Assembly: GCA_963667015.2 (NCBI GenBank)
Contig: CAXXJJ010000004.1
Coordinates: 3,296,001-3,360,000, forward strand
Origin: Desulfatiglandales bacterium
GTDB taxonomy: Bacteria > Desulfobacterota > DSM-4660 > Desulfatiglandales > HGW-15
Direction of reading: 5' to 3'
Length of the DNA stretch: 64,000 bases
The position numbers and the translations under genes were made by a program. The notes under the pieces were generated by a model. The model was not told where the DNA came from and did not search any database. It saw only the letters and a list, made by a program, of their open reading frames with translations. Positions 57,801 to 63,800 of this stretch are shown here, one piece after another (the stretch's first letter is position 1; the number at the start of each line of letters is the position of its first letter).

Positions 57801-60800
57801 ATATCATTTACGCTTCCTGCACCTGCTACAGTCAGGGCCCCTCCGAAATTTGTTTCTGCCCTGGAGCCGGCACCTACACCTCCAATGGTCAGTGCCCAGA
57901 TTGACCCACCCGAAAGGGCGTCCAGATCAACCTTGCCTCCGGAGGCAACATATGAGGATGAAATGTAGGCTCTGGTTTCCTTATCCAGAATATTCACGGA
58001 GAATGTCCCGCCAAGTGATACGGCAACGGCTGACGTTTTACCAACAGCACCGGATACTCCCATAATCAGGGAGTTTGCTGTAATAGCCGAATTGTCTTCC
58101 GCAGATACAGATACATTGCCATTTGTTGTCTGAACATTGCTTCCGTTTTCGATATATGATTCGACTTTTGAATCTACCGCATTTATTGACCCGGCTGCAC
58201 CCGCTGCCAGAGCAAAAGCGAATTTCTCCGTTCCCTTTGCACCTGCGCCAAATCCGCCTGTGGTCAGTGCCCAAATATATGAATCGGATTTTGCAGTAAC
58301 ACTGACATCTTTTTTACCCTTTACCGTGGCACCTGAAATTCCGGACCTTATGTTCTTATTTCCCGTATTAACAGCGATAGCCGCACCAAGAGCAACCCCG
58401 ACTCCCCATTCACTTCCCTTGGCATAACTTATTCCAATGGATCCTGCATTACTGATAATAAGAGAATTGTCTGCAGCGGTAATGGTTACACTTTCTTCCC
58501 TGCTCTCTACACTTCTTCCTGCTGTATTGTCACTTTCATTTATATAGGCAAGTGCCTCTGCATTTATTACGTTTATGGAAGCCGAACCTGCACCTGCAAG
58601 TGCAAAACTGCCCTTTGTAGAATTTGCACCTGCACCTGAAAGACCGCTGGCAACGGATATTACCGTTTCATTTGATTTTGCATCTACAGCTATTGTACCG
58701 TCTGAGACAAGGCTTGAATCCAGTACATAAGAGTGAACTTTGCTGGTCACAATACTTACAGCTGCCGAAGGACTTACAGATACAGCCGCCTGTGATTTTG
58801 TATTGTTGCCGCTTGTACCGGCACTTTTTTCATTGCCGGTGCTCGCGGTTCCTGAATCACCTGACTTTGACTTGTCGTTAGTGGATGCAGTAATGCTTAA
58901 GGAACCGGCTCCCGTTCCTATGATATTATTGTCAGAGGCTGATACCGATATTCCCTTGCCGCCGGGTAAAACGGAAACGCTGCTGTCAAGTATTGACGAT
59001 TCGGTAAGTCCTGATATTATGTTTACTGTTGCAGAGCCTGCAACCCCAAATCCGCTGTTATTCTGTGTATAGGCTATACTGCCGCTTGTGGCAACGCCCA
59101 CTATTACCTGGCTGGTGTCAGCAGTAACTTTCAGACTGTCATCAATTGCTAAGACGGATGAATCAATAAAAGCCTTTGTATCCCCGGTAATATTATTGAC
59201 AACAACTGAAACTGATCCTGCCCCGGCTATCACAGGTTGATTTTTCGGAGCCTCTTCATTTCCTGGCTTTTTTGTATCCTCGGCCGTTGTTGTCTTTTTG
59301 GTGCTTTCATTTACTGTTTTTGAGACATCTTTCTTGCCTGAGATGGCGCTTTTAATAGCCTTCTGAATATCCGTTATCCAGGCATTTTCTATTTCCGCAT
59401 CAGTCCCGCTATAGGTTTTTCCTTCAACAGTGACCGTAAACCATACTTTTTTCCTTCCTACTGCATGGGCATCGTAATCACCTACTGCAAGGGTAAATGT
59501 CTTGGTCGTTGTTGTAGGAGATGCGGATGTGGGACGTGTGAAAAATTCGGTCAGATTGATATCTGTATCACCGCCCTCGACCTTTTTATCCGGGTTTCCT
59601 TCGTCTGCTGTTGCGGTGGATCCGTTCCAGTAGGCGAGTTTGCCCTTAAAGGACATCCATACCTGCTTGTTGGGAAGCAGTCTTACTGTCGGAACAGGGC
59701 GAAGGATTTTATCATTTACCTGTTTTTCCGGTTCAGGCGGATCCGGCTGAGGATCTTCGGTTTTTACGCTGTTATCATAATAGGAGGCCGTAATTGAAGA
59801 TGACCCGGCCCATGAGCCAATCCAGGCATCATTAAGGGCTTCTATGTCTGTAATGTCAGCTGTTATAATATTTGCCCGGTAAAGGGCTGCAATAGTTTCG
59901 TCATCTATCCGGTTATAGGAAACATTTCCCGAAAGAGACATTTCCGGCATCCAGGTCGGAAATTTATCCTTATCCGTTTTATCAGTATTTTCTTTTGCCT
60001 TATTCTGGTCTGTCATCTGGTTACTGTGCTTGCTTCCCAGTGTTGCCTTTTCCTGCTGGGCAGGCTTTTTATCCAGGGATTGCTGAAGCACACCTGACAT
60101 TGCAACCGAAAGCAGACCACCGCTGTTTTTTGAATTTACATTGACATCACCGTCACTTTCAATAAACACTTCCCCGGTTGAGTCAGTTGATTCATTTCCT
60201 ATTTCTGAAGAGGTATCTCTGTTAACCGTATTTATAGCAATATTTGCAGCGCCGCCAATATCACCGGCATATGCAAAAGCCGTACTTCCGTTTACCAGGT
60301 AGGTCGAATCCGTTGCCTTTACATTGATGTCAGTGCCGCTATCAACTATAAATCCGCCGTCAATATAGGCTTTTGTAAGGTTATCAATATCAACAAGAGA
60401 GAATGTGCCGTTGAATGCTATTTTTCCAGGCTCCTGAACCCCCAGTTTCTGTCCGCCAAGGGCTTTATCGGAGAATGATTTCTTTTGATTGCTGTTCTGG
60501 GTATTTGGTGAAGTTGATGCCGGTGCATCTTCCAGTTTCAATAACAGCGGCGACCCTGAAAGGCTCGTGGTGACAATTACAGAGCTGTTTTTTGAATCAA
60601 CATTGATTTTACCTGCATCAGACTCTATTGAAACTCCCGTTACTGAAAACTCATTTGAAAGTTCAACATTATCCGCGAGATAAATTGTATCTCCCTTAAT
60701 AGATTTGATCTCAAAAGTGTCATTATTTTCAAGAGATCCCGTAACCGTGATCTTCTGACCGGCCATAAAACCGTCGTATTCCCAGTCCCCTCCGTCGTTT

Positions 60801-63800
60801 CTTACGATGCTGTCCACACCGTTGGGATCGTGCACAAAATCAAGTTCAAGATCCTTATCCTTAACAGAAAGGACCCTGTCATAACCGGTGACTGATACAC
60901 CTCCTGCACCATTTTCGGTGGAAAGATCAGTGTCAAGGATAAAGAGAGATGCACCATCAACATAATCAACTATATAGGTATCATCGTTACCGCTTGTTCC
61001 CGTTACAATTATCAACTGCCCGGAATAGAACCCGTCATTAAGCCATTCGCCTGCTGATCTTACTATGCTGTCAGAACCTGAAGGATTCACTACAAAGTTC
61101 AGGGTAAGGCCTCCGGCCATTGAGTTGGATTCTTCATACCTGGTTACGGAAACCCCGGTAGCAGATGTTTCATCAGTAAAATTGCCATTAACAAGATAAA
61201 GCTTGCTGCCGTCAACTGATTCAACTATATAACTGTCATCATTGCTGGCTGTTCCGGTTACCGTCACCCTCTGACCGGCCTCAAAACCGTCCGTCTCCCA
61301 GTCACCGCTAGACCGGGTTATGAAGTCGGTTCCCTCAACACCGTCATGGGTAAAATCCATAACAAATGAAGCGTCCTCCAGGGCCATTGTAAGCTTTGCA
61401 CCGTCAGCCTGAAGCCTTCCGACTTTCTGGATTGTAACACCCGGATCGGTAATCAGGCTGAGAGCCTTTGGACCTTCTGAAAGTGTTAAAACGGTTGAAG
61501 ATAAATTGCTGATCTTGAAAAGACCATCGTCATCAGCATCAGGCAGATTTGAAATGCGGACCCAGTCGCCAATTCTGAAGTTATCATTCCAGTCACCATC
61601 GATATCCGATCTTGTCAGGGTAAGTCCGATGGAATCAAAACTGATATCTCCATCGGCGATTGTAACAGCGGGCTCCGAACCAACACCGTCGCCAACACTT
61701 GCTTCCACATCATTTACGATATTATTGATCGTAACGGAAACACCCACTCCAACCGTTGCACCTTTAGTTGTTGTACCGGTATATGTAACAAGCACATTAT
61801 CAGTATCCGCATCAACGTTTATATTGCTCCTGGCATATACTACTGAATCGTCCCCGATTGTTGCAGTGGAGGTGTTTATTATATCTGTAGATGTTCCAGC
61901 GCCTGTCAGGGCCAAAAGACCCTCTGCAGCGCCTCCCGCTGCTGTCAGGTCTATAAGCAGGTTATGTGTAACCGCCTCAACCTGTACATTCTTTTGGGAT
62001 GAAACGCGTGCATTGTCACCAATGGTAGCTGTAGCAGTATTGGAATATGTTGTCTGCTGGAAGTTTATCCCAAGACCGCTTCCCCCGCTTTTAGTTGGGA
62101 AAAGCAATTGACTTTCCAGCCTTTCGAAGAGATCGTTTTCTGCAGTGCGCCCCTGCCCTCTCTGACTTATATCAGTAAGCGTATAATAGGCTCCGATTGG
62201 CAGTCCTACAATCGGCAGCGCGCTGTTTGCCCTGCGGGCTTCCTTTCTCTTAAGAGCCCTCTGCTGTTCCGGTGTCAACGCCGCTTTTTCTGCAGGTGTT
62301 AATGTTTTAGCCGGCGTAACTGTGGGCATGATGGTATTTCTGCCCAGCAGAAGATTTACAATATTAAGGCTGGGGAGGCCGGTCATATTAATCGACTCAA
62401 CAAAGGAGTCTGCCTTTACAATAACATCCTGACCGGGTGACAGGAGGATCTGATTAATTTCTGCATTATCCCCGATTCGGGCATTTGCCTCGTTGGTTAC
62501 AAGAAATACATTTACAGATCCGGAGAAAGCCACAGATTTATCAACACCTGAATTTGGGGTGGTGTTCTGGGTTTCAGACGATTTTTTTGCCTGGGCATCT
62601 GTATAATTCTTGTCAGCACCTGCCTTGGAGCTGGCGGTTACAAATGTTGTTGAAAGTTTTTGAAAAAAATTCGGGTTTTCCAACAGCTTCGGGAAGAATG
62701 TAAGCAGTTCTTTTAGTTCCGTATTTTTTGAACCTTCTGTTCCGGTACTTCGATCTCCAAAGGTATCAGTAATACCTGCATGATAATTCTGTGCCCCGGT
62801 CGACATGGCCTCTGTAAAATTGGTGATCTTTTCCTGGGCAGCCACAACGATTGTTCCATCCATTATTTTCTGAATGATCTGCTCACCGACTCCTGCCTCT
62901 GAGTCAGATCCCGACGGAAGCTCAATACTGAATTTTGTAAATGGTTCAATCCAGCTTCCGGTATCCACAAAACCGTTTACCTTCTTCTTGAACTCCTCCC
63001 AGTCATCATCAAGTGTAATCTGGTTTGGTATAACCGTATTAGCGGTTACCTTGAGCGTACCCGATACATCAACCTTTGCATTGTCACCAATGATAGCATT
63101 GGAAATATTGTTATAATCACCTACAAAAACAGCAGCCGCACCGCTAACTGACTCTGAAGGTTTATTTACATGGGCATTAACATTGACCTTGATATTCTCT
63201 TCAGCATATCCGTTCACGGTCATGTTTCCGTCATTTACAACAATTGTGGCATTATCACCAATAATGGCATCCGCCTGATCATGACTGATAGCTACTGCCA
63301 CAGCCCCTGATAAATTCGGACCCTTTGTAGGTGCTTCCTTCTTATCTCCAGGATTACTTACCGCTGTTGGCTTCTGGCCGACATTTGCAAAGGATCTCCA
63401 CCATCTTGTTGTCTGGTCACCGCTGTCTTTTCCGGTTTTCAACAGAATCTTCTTGCTGCCAAGTTGAGCTGTAACATTGATATTATTCTTGTCCGTTTCC
63501 AGCTGATTACCCTGCGGGTCATATTTATCCGCAGATTTATCACCGGTAACAGTTTTTGCCTCAACTGTTAAATCTCCTCCGGTTATTGTCACATCCCCGT
63601 CAATCCGTGCAATAGACGTGGATGATACATCACTAACACCTACAGAGGTTGCAGATCCGAAGGACTGCTGTATGGATTCATATCCCAGATCACTTTTCGT
63701 CATCTTCGGAATCGAAATGTTAAACTGCGCCTCTTTTGAATTTGCATCGGTTCCTGTCCCAAAAAACCGGGTTGCGTTTAAAAGCTCAACACGAACCTTA

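Noticed and set aside
63701..63703. ATG at 63703 as the start of the giant protein
   Set aside because: The frame is open for 99 more codons to the window edge and there is no convincing RBS
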